A DNA stretch of 64,000 nt, taken from contig OZ024744.1 in the NCBI GenBank assembly GCA_964016885.1, positions 118,854,001 to 118,918,000 on the forward strand. The letters run 5' to 3'. Below, one piece after another: positions 11,775 through 23,259 of this stretch. The position numbers and the translations under genes were made by a program. The notes below the pieces were generated by a model. That model saw only the letters and a list, made by a program, of their open reading frames with translations, did not search any database and was not told the origin of the DNA. The DNA comes from Eledone cirrhosa (Eukaryota). Each line of letters opens with the position of its first letter. The first letter of the stretch is position 1.

Positions 11775-14700
11775 TCTATATATATAAAACAAAGAATGTC
11801 GATGTATCTGTTTCCCTAAAACTCGAGAACTACCCAACCATTTTTTTTCAAACTCTACACATGTAATACTTATGGTCCTATTGAGTGTTCTGAGCAAAAA
11901 CAATTTCTAATTTTCAAAGCCCTAGGGAACGCATTAAGCGATTTAGCGATCTCTTTCTCTTTCTCTTAGTCTTTCTCTTTTTAGATAAATACATAGATAT
12001 AACGTCGCGCCTTCATAATATCTGTCTGTATGCCTGACTGTCTGCATTACGTCATTATGACGCGATCAGTGTGTGTGTCTATATATTCTTATGCCAGGGA
12101 ACGTCTTCACGAACCAAAGTATTGTCTTCTGTTTTCCAGATTGATTTTTTTTAGTTTAAGAAGATCCCGTTAAGGTTGAAAGCAGCTATTCTTTGCTTAA
12201 ACATTAATATGTTATTTTAATATAGATATTCGTGTACAGATATTTTTGCATACACAAAAACAAAATATAAACAGACAAGGCCAACAATTACATCAGTTAG
12301 TCTTAGTGTATGTACTTCATACTGCTTTTAGGTAGAATATCCCGTTAAGGGTGAAAGCAGCGGGAGGTTTTTACCGTGTTGCCTACACAGCCACATTACA
12401 GCGTGGACTGTGTGTTTTTTGTCGTGACACCTACACGACCTCATTTGTTTCGGCCTGGATGTTGTGGTACCAACATAACTTTACATTGAAAGAGGTGGTG
12501 TGGATGGGGTGGGGGTAGTGGGACGGGGGTGTATTTTGTTAGAGGTGCGCCTACTGACTGTAGGTTTCGCTTTGTACTTAGGCAAGGCGGGTCTTCTCTA
12601 TTACTGTGTAGTGCCAAAGAACTCGGTCCAGTGACATTGTCTTGGTGAGGTGTAAGTGTGTGAGGTCGGAATTTATCGAGTCGTCCCAGGTTTTTCTGGG
12701 TCTGCCTACTCCGTGGCTACCGTCTATTTTTATTGCCCTGCACTTTGTTATACAGCTGTCGTCTTTCATGCGTATCACGTGACCATACCAACGTAGCCTT
12801 CTCTCGAGTAAACAACATCTGATCCCTCTTATTTCTAATTTCTCCCTTAGTACGTTTATGCTTTGCCGTTCACATATATTACTATTACACATCCAACGGA
12901 GCATGCAAGCTTCGTTCCTCTCTAGTCTGCGTATATCCTCTGCACACAATGCCCATGTCTCACTGCCATGTAACATTGCTGTTCGTATGCAGGCATCATA
13001 CAGCCTGCCTTTTATTTTTAGGGAGAACCCTTTAGCGGCTAATAGTGGTATAAGCTCTCTGAACTTTTTCCATCCAGTTCTGACTCTAGCTACTGTACTT
13101 TTAGAGCACCCTCCCCCACTGCTGATTTTGTCACCCAGGTAACAGAAGCTGTCCACTATTTCTATAGAACCATCTGTGCAATTGAAAGAGCTAGTATTCT
13201 GTGGGCACTTGCCGCTACTTATTGCACCAGAGCACCGGCCACATATAAAATCTATGTTCTTAGTTAGCTTACCTGTGATCCCACTACATCTTTTATGCAC
13301 CCATACTTTGCATTTGGGACATAAAATGGAGTTTCTACCGACTCCTTTCCTACACACTGAGCATGGCCATTTCCCGGATGGGACCGGCGCCCTATTTTCC
13401 TTCCTACAAACTAGAACTTTAGTCTTAGACAGGTTAATTTTAAGGCCTTTTGATTCTAGGCCATGCTTCCATGTTTGGAATTTCTTCTCTAGTTCAGCCA
13501 TTGATTCAGCTATGAGCGTTAGATCATCTGCGTATAGGAGTTCCCATGGGCAGCCGGTCTTGAACTCCACTGTTATAGCCTGAAGGGCAATAATAAATAG
13601 TAGGGGGCTAAGAACGGAGCCCTGATGAACACCAACTTTTACGCTAAACTCTTCACTATATTCGTTGTTAATTCTAATCTTGCTGACTGTTTCTTTATAC
13701 ATGGCTTGTATAGCTCTCACAAGCCATTCATCAACACCTAGTTTTCTAAGAGCCCACCAGATAATGGAACGGGGGACTCTGTCGAAAGCTTTCTCCAAGT
13801 CAACAAAAGCTAAGTATAGGGGTTTACTTTTATCTAGGTACTTCTCCTGTAGTTGTCGTACAATGAAAAGAGCATCTGTGGTACTTTTGCCTGACACAAA
13901 CCCGAACTGCATTTCATCTAGATCAATTCTCTCTCTGATTAGTTGCGCTATTACTTTTTCTGTGACCTTCATGACCTGGTCGATTAATTTAATGCCTCTA
14001 TAGTTACTCCTATCTAGGGCATCTCCTTTACCCTTGTAGCAGTTAATGATGATGCTGCTACGCCAGTCCTTCGGCACAACCACATTCTGTATGACTTGGT
14101 TTACTATCCGGGTGACCATGGTGTGACCCACCGTTCCAGAGGCTTTCAGCATTTTAGCAACTATTTCCGAAGGCCCAGCCGCCTTGCCTGTCTTCATATC
14201 TTTGATTGCCTTACTTATTATACTACCTTCGACTAACACTGCTGGTCCCTCTATTGGGTCGATGTAGGGGAGACTGTCTTTCTCCCATTTATTCTCCTCA
14301 TTTAGTAGCCTTTCGTAGTGACACTTCCAAGCTACCTTCTTATCAGCGTCAGTGATGGCAAGTACACCATCATCATTAAGTACACACTTCTCCCCGACAA
14401 TATCACGGTTTTCCTAGACACATTGCCTAGCAATCCTGAACACCTCACGTTTTTGGTCCTCGCGTTGTAGAACATGCTTGAACTTTCTTTCCTCTGCTTC
14501 CCTTCTTGCGAAGTACACTTGTCTCCTAGCTTCCCTCCTGGCCACTTGATAGTCTTCTCTACTTCCCCCATCCCGCCATACTTTCCAAGCCTGCTTTTTG
14601 GCCTTAATTGACTCCTCCACCTTACTGTTCCACCACCATGTTACTCTCCTCCTGCCTATAGGCCTGCTCCAGCCACAGACTTCGTCTGCCGCCATCAGCA

Positions 14701-14906
14701 GGTTTGCTTTCAGGAATTCCCACTGTTCCTCTATATTGTATATATATAAATATATAAGTATATATTCATGGACAGATATTTTTGCATACACAATAACAAA
14801 ATATAAACAAACGTATTTGTTTCACGAGGCTCGATAAGGATAAATATATATCAAATATATAAGAACCCTAGAGCAAATCCCATGCAACGCCGGGCCATTC
14901 TGCTAG
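11775..14906 (+). mobile_element. Non-autonomous Helitron interrupted by an RTE LINE
   Basis: 5' A|TCTATATATATAAAA at 11775; 3' cccatgcaacgccgggccattctgCTAG|T at 14906; AT target without TSD. Confidence 0.7.
12362..14735 (-). mobile_element. RTE LINE (family B), 5'-truncated, RT-PHD-C-terminal ORF uninterrupted (12578..14239, 553 aa)
   Basis: KAAGPS, KGKGD..NYRGIKL, QFGF, FVDLEKAFDRV, GVHQGSVLSP, YADD, C4HC3 PHD, YLG, RRLRWYGHV, GRPRKTW. Confidence 0.95.
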
Positions 14907-14961
14907 TTTATTATAATTGATTTCCTCACTGCGCATGTCAGGTCAAAGAAGCACATTAAGT

Positions 14962-15750
14962 ATGTTATCTGTTCCATAGGATACCTGCCACATGTTATCT
15001 GTTCCATATGGCACCTGCCACATGTCTGTTCCATATGGCACCTGCCACATGTTGCCTGTTCCATAGGATACCTGCCACATGGTGTCTGTTCCATAGGATA
15101 CCTGCCACATGTTGTCTGCACCATAGGACACCTGCCTCATGGTATATGTTCCATAGGATACCTGCCACATGTTGTCTGTTCCATATGGCACCTGCCACAT
15201 GTTATCTGTTCCATAGGGTACCTGCCACATGTTGCCTGCTTCATTGGGCACCTGCCACATGTTGACTGTAACATAGGATACAATCCATATGTTATCTGTT
15301 CCATAGGACACCTGCCACATGTTATGTTCCATAGGGTCACCTGCCACATGTGTTCCAAAGGGTACCTGTCACATGTTTCCTGCTCCATGGGTACCTGCCA
15401 CATGTATGTTCCATAGGATGCCGACCACATGTTGTCTGTTCCATAGGATACCTGCCACATGTCTGTTCCACAGGACACCTACCACATGTCTGTTCCAAAG
15501 GATACCTGCCACATGTCTATTCTATAGGACACCTACCACATGTCTATTACATAGGCTACCTGCCACATGTTGGCTGTTCCATAGGACACCTGCCACATGT
15601 TATCTGTTCCATAGGATACCTGCCACATGTTGTCTGTTCTATAGGATACAAGCCACATGTGTCCCATAGGACACCTGCCAAATGTCTGTTCCATAGGATA
15701 CCTGCTACATGTTGCATGTTCCATAGTACACCTGCCACATGTCTGTTCCA
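14962..15750. repeat. 27-30-bp minisatellite
   Basis: Repeats of atgtt(a/g)tctgttccataggatacctgccac. Confidence 0.9.
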
Positions 15751-16212
15751 CCACTACCACCACCACCACTACCCACAACACAATCACCACCACCAACACC
15801 ACCACAACTACCCACAACACCAACACTGCCACCACCAACACCACCACCACGACCACCACCACCACCACTACCCACAACACCAACACCAACAACACGACCG
15901 TCACCACCACCACCCCTACCCACAAGACCACCACCACCACTACCCACAATACCACCAACACTACCACCACCACTACCCACAAGACCACCAACACCAACAC
16001 TACCACCACCACTACCCACAAGACCACCAACACCTACACCTACACTACCACCACCACTACCCACAAGGCCACCAACACCTACACCTACACTACCACCACC
16101 ACTACCCACAAGACCACCAACAACCACCACCACTACCCGCAACATCACCACCACTACCCACAACACCAGCACCAACATCACCACCACCACCACCACTACC
16201 CACAAGACCACC
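15750..16212. repeat. Imperfect (CCA/CAA)n microsatellite
   Basis: caccaccactaccca-type low complexity. Confidence 0.9.
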
Positions 16213-18832
16213 ACATGACCACTTTACAGTGTCGACTGGGTACTTTTTGTTGTGTCACCTGCATGACCACTTTACAGTGTGTACTGGGTACTTTTTGTTG
16301 TGACACCTACATGACCACTTTACAGTGTGTACTGGGTACTTTTTGTTGTGACACCTACATGACCACTTTACAGTGTGTACTGAGTACTTTTTGTTGTGAC
16401 CACTACATGACCACTTTACAGTTTGTAATGGGTACTTTTTGTTCTGACACCTACATGACCACTTTACAGTGAGTACTGGGTACTTTTTAATGTGCCACCT
16501 ACATGACCACTTTACAGTGTGTACTGGGTTATTTTGTTGTGACACCTACATGATCACTTTACAGTGTGTACTGGGTACTTTTTGTCATGACACCTACATG
16601 ATCACTTTACAGTGTGGACTGAGTACTTTTTATCTTGATACCTACATAACCACTTAACAGTGTATAATGGGTACTTGTTGTGACACCAACATGACCACTT
16701 TACAGTGTGTACTGTGTGCTTTTTGTTGTGCCACCTACATGACCACTTTACAGGGTGGACTGGGTACTTTTTATTGTGACACCTACACAACTACTTTACA
16801 GGGTGGACTGGGTACTTTTTATTGTGACACCTACACAACTACTTTACAGTGTGTACTGGGTACTTTTTGTTGTGACACCAACATGACCACTTTACAGTGT
16901 GTACTGGGTACTTTTTGTTGTGCCACCTACATGACCACTTTAGTGTGGACTAGGTATATTTTGTTGTGACACCTACATGATCACTTTACAGTGTGGACTG
17001 AGTACTTTTTGTCCTGATTCCTATATAACCACTTTACAGTGTATACTGGGTACTTTTTGTTGTGACACCTTCATGACCACTTCACAGTGTGGCTGGGTAC
17101 TGTTTGTTGTGACACCTACATGACCACTTTACAGTGTGTACTTGGTACATTTTGGTGTGACAGCTACGTGTCAACTTTACGGTGTGTACTGGGTACTTTT
17201 GTTGTGACACATGACCACTTTACAGTGTATACTGGGTACTTTTTGTTGTGACACCTTCATGACCACTTCACAGTGTGGCTGGGTACTGTTTGTTGTGTCA
17301 CCTACATGACCACTTTACAGTGTGTAATGTGTGATTTTTATCATAACACCTACATGACCACTTTACAGTGTGTACTGGGTACTTTTTGTTGTGACAACTA
17401 CATGAGACTTTACAATGTGTACTGGGTACTTTTTGTTGTGACACCTACATGACCACTTTACTGTGTGTACTGGGTACTTTTTGTCCTGATTCCTACATAA
17501 ACCACTTTACAGTGTATACTGGGTACTTTTTGTTGTGCCACCTACATGATCCACTATACAGTGTGCACTGGGTACTTTTTGTTGTGAACCCTACATGACC
17601 ACTTTACAGTGTGTAGTGGGTACGTTTTGTTGTGAGAGCTACATGACCACTTTACAGTGTGTACTGGGTATTTTTGTCATAACACCTACATGACCACTTT
17701 ACAGTGTGTACTGGGTACTTTTTGTCCTGATTCCTACATAAACCACTTTACAGTGTATACTGGGTACTTTTTGTTGTGACACCTTCATGACCACTTTACA
17801 GTGTGGGCTGGGTACTCTTTGTTGAGACCCCTACATGACCACTTTACAGTGTGTACTGGGCACTTTTTGTTGTAACATGTACATGAGCACTTTACAGTGT
17901 ATACTGGGTACTTGCAGTGTGACACCTACATGACCACTTTACAGTGTGAACAAGGTACTTTTTGTTGTGTCACCTACATGACCACTTTACACTGTACTGG
18001 GTACTTTTTGTTGTGACACCCTCATGACCACTTTACAGTGTACTTGGTACTTTTTGTTGTGACACCTACATGACTACTTTACAGTGTTAACAGGGTACTT
18101 TTTGTTGTGTCACCTACCTGACCAGTTTACAGTGTGTACTGGGCACTTTTTGTTGTGACACGTACAAAGCACTTTACAGTGTGTACTGGGTACTTTTTAT
18201 TGTGACACCTACATGACCACTTTACGGTGTGGACTGGGTGTATTTTGTTGTGACACCTACATGAGCACTTTACAGTGTGTACTGGGTACTTTTTATTGTG
18301 ACACCTACATGACCACTTTACGGTGTGGACTGGGTGTATTTTGTTGTGACACCTACATGACCACTTTACGGTGTGGACTGGGTACTTTTTATTGAGACAC
18401 CTTCTCGAGTACTTTACAGTGTGTACTGGGTACTTGCGGTGTGACACCTACATGACCAGTTTACAGTGTGAACAAGGTACTTTTTGTTGTGTCACCTACA
18501 TAACTACTTTACACTGTACTGGGTACTTTTTGTTGTGACACCTACATGACCATTTTACAGTGTTAACAGGGTACTTTTTGTTGTGTCACCTACCTGAGCA
18601 CTTTACAGTGTGTACTAGGCACTTTTTGTTGTGACACGTATATGAGCACTTTACAGTGTGTACTGGGTTCTTTTTATTGTGACACCTACATGACCACTTT
18701 ACAGTGTGGACTGGGTGTATTTTGTTGTGACACCTACATGATCACTTTACAGTGTGGACTGGGTACTTTTAATTGTGACACCTGCACGACTACTTTACAA
18801 TGTGTACTGGGTACTTTTTGTTGTGGTAACTA
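16213..18832. repeat. 48-bp minisatellite (~54 copies) related to an RTE UTR motif
   Basis: Unit catgaccactttacagtgtgtactgggtactttttgttgtgacaccta; similar to 12382-12440 in the family B 3' UTR. Confidence 0.92.
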
Positions 18833-18899
18833 CAAGATTGTAATGTTTTTCTTGATGTCAGCCCTTGTGGCCAATAAAGAAATCATTATTATTATCATC

Positions 18900-20240
18900 A
18901 TTCTTTGAGTCGCTGTCATTGATGTTATTTAACTGGAAAGTTTGTTCAAATGAACACCAAGCCACTACCTGCAGCCTCAGATATTCAGGACTTATCGGAG
19001 GGTTCTTGTTGTTCCCAGCAAGCATGCCTTTTGAAGTGTTCCAAAAAACGGGGCTGGACTAATGTTCTGAAAACCCATAAAACCTTCACTTGATCGTTTT
19101 CTATCACCGACTCTGGCTTATGCTCATACCACTTCTCAGAATGGTGTAAATTGTTTAGTTTGCATAGGTGCCAGTGAATGACCTTTCCTATCATATCATG
19201 TCTTCAGCCTTTATAGTGAGCCTGGAGTCAGATACAAAGTGAGCCATAGTCTCCTCTCTCTCTCCACAGATCCTACACAGTGATCTAGCCTCCTCCTTGT
19301 CAATATAGTGAGGGCTTGCTCTTGCACAGCCATTGGCATTCCTTCTGTAGCTTTTTTAAGGTCTCCTGTTTTTAACAAGTTCCATGTCTGTGGATCTCTG
19401 AATTCCGTTTTCTTAAAGAAGGTGCTATGAAGGGATTTTTCATGAAGGTTGCTCTTTCTCTTTGTTCTTATTTCTTCCTTGGACATCCCCTGGTCTATTG
19501 TCTTGTCCTTCAGTACAACTTTGAGCATTGGCTCCCTACTGTCAGACACATATTGCGCAAACTTTTTATCTCCATCTGAACACAATCCTCTATGCTGATA
19601 AGACCTCTTCCACCTTTAGATCTCTTTAAGTAGAGTCTATCAACATCAATCCTCTTGTAGAACATGCCATAGCTAATCATTAGTTTCCTAGTTTTTCTAT
19701 CCATTTCTTTTTGTTCAGTCACATTCCATTTCAGAATTTCCGCACTGTACCTAATAATAGACACAGCTCGGGAATTTACTGCACTTATGACATTCCTACT
19801 GTTCAGATGTGATTTTAATGTTACTTACTCTCCTTATGTATTCAGATCTTATCAATTCCTTCATTTTTTTGTTCTTGATGTCATCTGCCTCCAGAACACA
19901 TAAATATTTGTATCCCTCTTCAGTGTCAATTTCCTTTATCATCTCACCTGTTGGTACCTGGATTCCGTTGCTTCTGTTCAATTTACCCCTCTTCATCACT
20001 AAGACTCCACGTTTATTAACACCAAATTTCATATGTATATCATTGCTGAATATACGGACAGTGTTAACAAGTACATCCAACTCCTCGCTTTTCACAAAGA
20101 GTTATAGATCGTCCATGAAGGGGAGGTGGTTGATGGTAAGCTCTCCTCTTCCCGGCTTGTATCCTGCTCTCACTTTTCGTAATATGAGGGTAAGGACAAA
20201 CAACAAAAGGGACAAACAATCTCCTTGGAAGATACCTCTC
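18900..20240 (-). mobile_element. Dong/R4-clade LINE, 5'-truncated and degraded, in (TAA)n
   Basis: RGIFQGDCLS, INHLPFMDDL, YKYL, LYLKRSKGGRGL, RHDMIGKVIHW, WYEHKPESV; (TTA)n on both flanks. Confidence 0.85.
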
Positions 20241-20999
20241 TTTATTATTGTTATTATTATTATTATTATACAATATATTTGAAGAGGTTTCATGTACGGG
20301 AATGGCAGGTCGAGTAACTCTTCCTCTCAATTTGTTCCAGAAAAGAAATGATCTTCAAAAGTGTAAACAATATCTTTATTTTAAATTAACTTTGACTCAT
20401 TTTATAAGGAAATATTTTATTTTATTTTACAAAACTGTTTATAAAATAACAAAACACACTATTAAATAAAAGAAAAAAGAAAATCAAGCAACAATAGAAA
20501 GGAGGGGAGGGTGAAGACACTAATGCCCCAGTCTAGGGCACTATTACGGATTGACCGGAGAGACCCGCTGCAACATCCACTCCCACACCTACCTTATGGG
20601 GATCCCTCCTTAAGCGGGCCGCCGTCTTTTTGATTTTACAGAGGAAATCAACAGAGCAGGAACCAAGAACACCTGAGGTCTGGAAAGAGGCAAGGTACAA
20701 AGATGAAGCAGTCAGTCAGGTCCAGGTATTTAACTATCTTCCTCTCCGCTGGGGTAATGCAGGGACCAATAATACCAGAGGTCTCAAAGGAGACTGGTAC
20801 AAAGATGAAACTTGCTGTTTTGTAAGATTACTTCAACAACAATCTTATATTCATCTCAATCCCCTCATACCACCTTCACCACCACAACCATATCTTTGTC
20901 AGGTTGATTTTCTTCTTAAATTATTTTTTATGTTTTTTATGGCTTTTTATTTTTATCATCTATTTTATTTGTTTTTATTATTCTTATTTTCTTTTCAAG

Positions 21000-21065
21000 A
21001 AATTAGAACTGACGGCAGATGAGGGTAATGTTTACCCAGGAGTATTATCCCGGAAAACTTTTGAG
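21000..21065 (+). CDS. TLDc-domain protein, coding exon 2: KLELTADEGNVYPGVLSRKTFE
   Basis: Long T-rich tract ending ttttcaag|, 66 nt open frame, donor GAG|GTATGG; phase 0/0 compatible with both neighbours. Confidence 0.75.
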
Positions 21066-21138
21066 GTATGGCATTAAAATATTCTGTAGTACAGGGGTGA
21101 GCAACATATTCCATTGGCAGGCCACTTTTGAACATTGG

Positions 21139-23001
21139 AACAACTATTAGGGTCATTAATATTTATTAAGCATTATTCCAACAATCCACCACAACTTCTT
21201 TCCATAACATGGAACTGGGAAATTATAACACACACAACCCTATCAGAACAACTATTAGGGTCATTAATATTTATTAAGCCTTATTCCAACAATCCACCAC
21301 AACTTCTTTCCATAACATGGAACTGGGAACTATAACACACACAACCCTATCAGAACAACTATTAGCGCCATTAATATTTATTAAGCCTTATTCCAACAAT
21401 CCACCACAACTTCTTTCCATAACATGGAACTGGGAAATTATAACACACACAACCCTATCAGAACAACTATTAGGGCCATTAATATTTATTAAGCATTATT
21501 CCAACAATCCACCACAACTTCTTTCCATAACATGGAACTGGGAAATTATAACACACACAACCCTATCAGAACAACTATTAGGGCCATTAATATTTATTAA
21601 GCATTATTCCAACAATCCACCACAACTTCTTTGCATAACATGGAACTGGGGAAATTATAACACACACAACCCTATCAGAACAACTATTAGCGCCATTAAT
21701 ATTTATTAATCGAGAGAAGACTACGTTGGTATGGACACGTGATGCGCATGAAAGTTGATAGCTGTATAACAAAGTGCAGGGCAATAAAGATAGACGGTAG
21801 CCACGGAATAGGCAGACCTAGAAAAACCTGGGACGAGCTGATAAACTCCAACCTCACACACTTACACCTCTCCAAGACAATGTCACTGGACCGAGACCTT
21901 TGGCAGTACTCAGTAATAGAGAAGACCCGCCTTATCTAAATACATAGTAAAACCTACTACAGTCAGTAGGCATCTCTAACAAAATACACCCCCCGTCCCC
22001 CCACCCCATCCACACCGCCCCCTTCTATGTAAAGTTATGTTGGTGCCACACCATCCAGGCCGAAACAAATGAGATCGTGTAGGTGTCACGACAAAAAACA
22101 CACAGTCCACACTGTAATGTGGCCGTGTAGGCAACACGGTAAAAACCTCCCAGTCCCACACTGTAAATGTGGTTGGTGTTAGGAAGGGCATCCAACTGTA
22201 GAAAACCTGCCAGACAGTCCTATGCAAGCAAGACAATCACTCTTGCCTCAAGTGGGAAAACCCCCGTCCAAACCCATGCATGATGATGATGATATTCCAA
22301 CAATCCACCACAACTTCTTTGCATAACATGGAACTGGGAAATTATAACACACACAACCCTATCAGAACAACTATTAGGGTCATTAATATTTATTAAGCAT
22401 TATTCCAACAATCCACCACAACTTCTTTCCATAACATGGAACTGGGAAATTATAACACACACAACCCTATCAGAACAACTATTAGCGCCATTAATATTTA
22501 TTAAGCATTATTCCAACAATCCACCACAACTTCTTTCCATAACATGGAACTGGGAAATTATAACACACACAACCCTATCAGAACAACTATTAGGGCCATT
22601 AATATTTATTAAGCATTATTCCAACAATCCACCACAACTTCTTTCCATAACATGGAACTGGGAAATTATAACACACACAACCCTATCAGAACAACTATTA
22701 GCGCCATTAATATTTATTAAGCATTATTCCAACAATCCACCACAACTTCTTTCCATAACATGGAACTGGGAAATTATAACACACACAACCCTATCAGAAC
22801 AACTATTAGCGCCATTAATATTTATTAAGCATTATTCCAACAATCCACCACAACTTCTTTCCATAACATGGAACTGGGAAATTATAACACACACAACCCT
22901 ATCAGAACAACTATTAGCGCCATTAATATTTATTAAGCATTATTCCAACAATCCACCACAACTTCTTTCCATAACATGGAACTGGGAAATTATAACACAC
23001 A
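21139..23001. repeat. 108-bp minisatellite (~12 near-identical copies)
   Basis: Period 108 (21139, 21247...); interrupted at 21710-22293; the last unit resumes at 26450 (aaccctatcag). Confidence 0.92.
21710..22293 (+). mobile_element. RTE LINE (family B) 3' end with UTR and (GAT)n tail
   Basis: Reverse-complement match to 12362-12806; ends catgcatgatgatgatgat. Confidence 0.9.
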
Positions 23002-23259
23002 TAACATATAAAAACTGAACTGCACTGGGAATAGTCAACAGTTGACATGATTTTGATTTTGTATTTGTATCAGTACTGCCGGTAATATATATATATATAT
23101 GTGTGTGTTTGTGAGTGGTGTGTGTGTTTGTGGTTTGTATGCATGAGCGGTGGTGTGTGAGTGTGTGTGTGTGTCGTGTCAATAAGTTTTTTTTTTTAAT
23201 GACCATACTGTAAAATGGAGGGGTAGAGAGGGCCCTTGAGTCTAGTAAGACATCCTCTC

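Noticed and set aside
12858-14003. Several plus-strand ORFs opposite the RT (also 25005-26400 on the minus strand)
   Set aside because: Antisense shadows of the LINE ORF with no independent homology
15350-16472. His-rich, Thr-rich (mucin-like) and Pro-rich ORFs
   Set aside because: Translations of a (CCA)n-type microsatellite, open in most frames, with no splice or domain support
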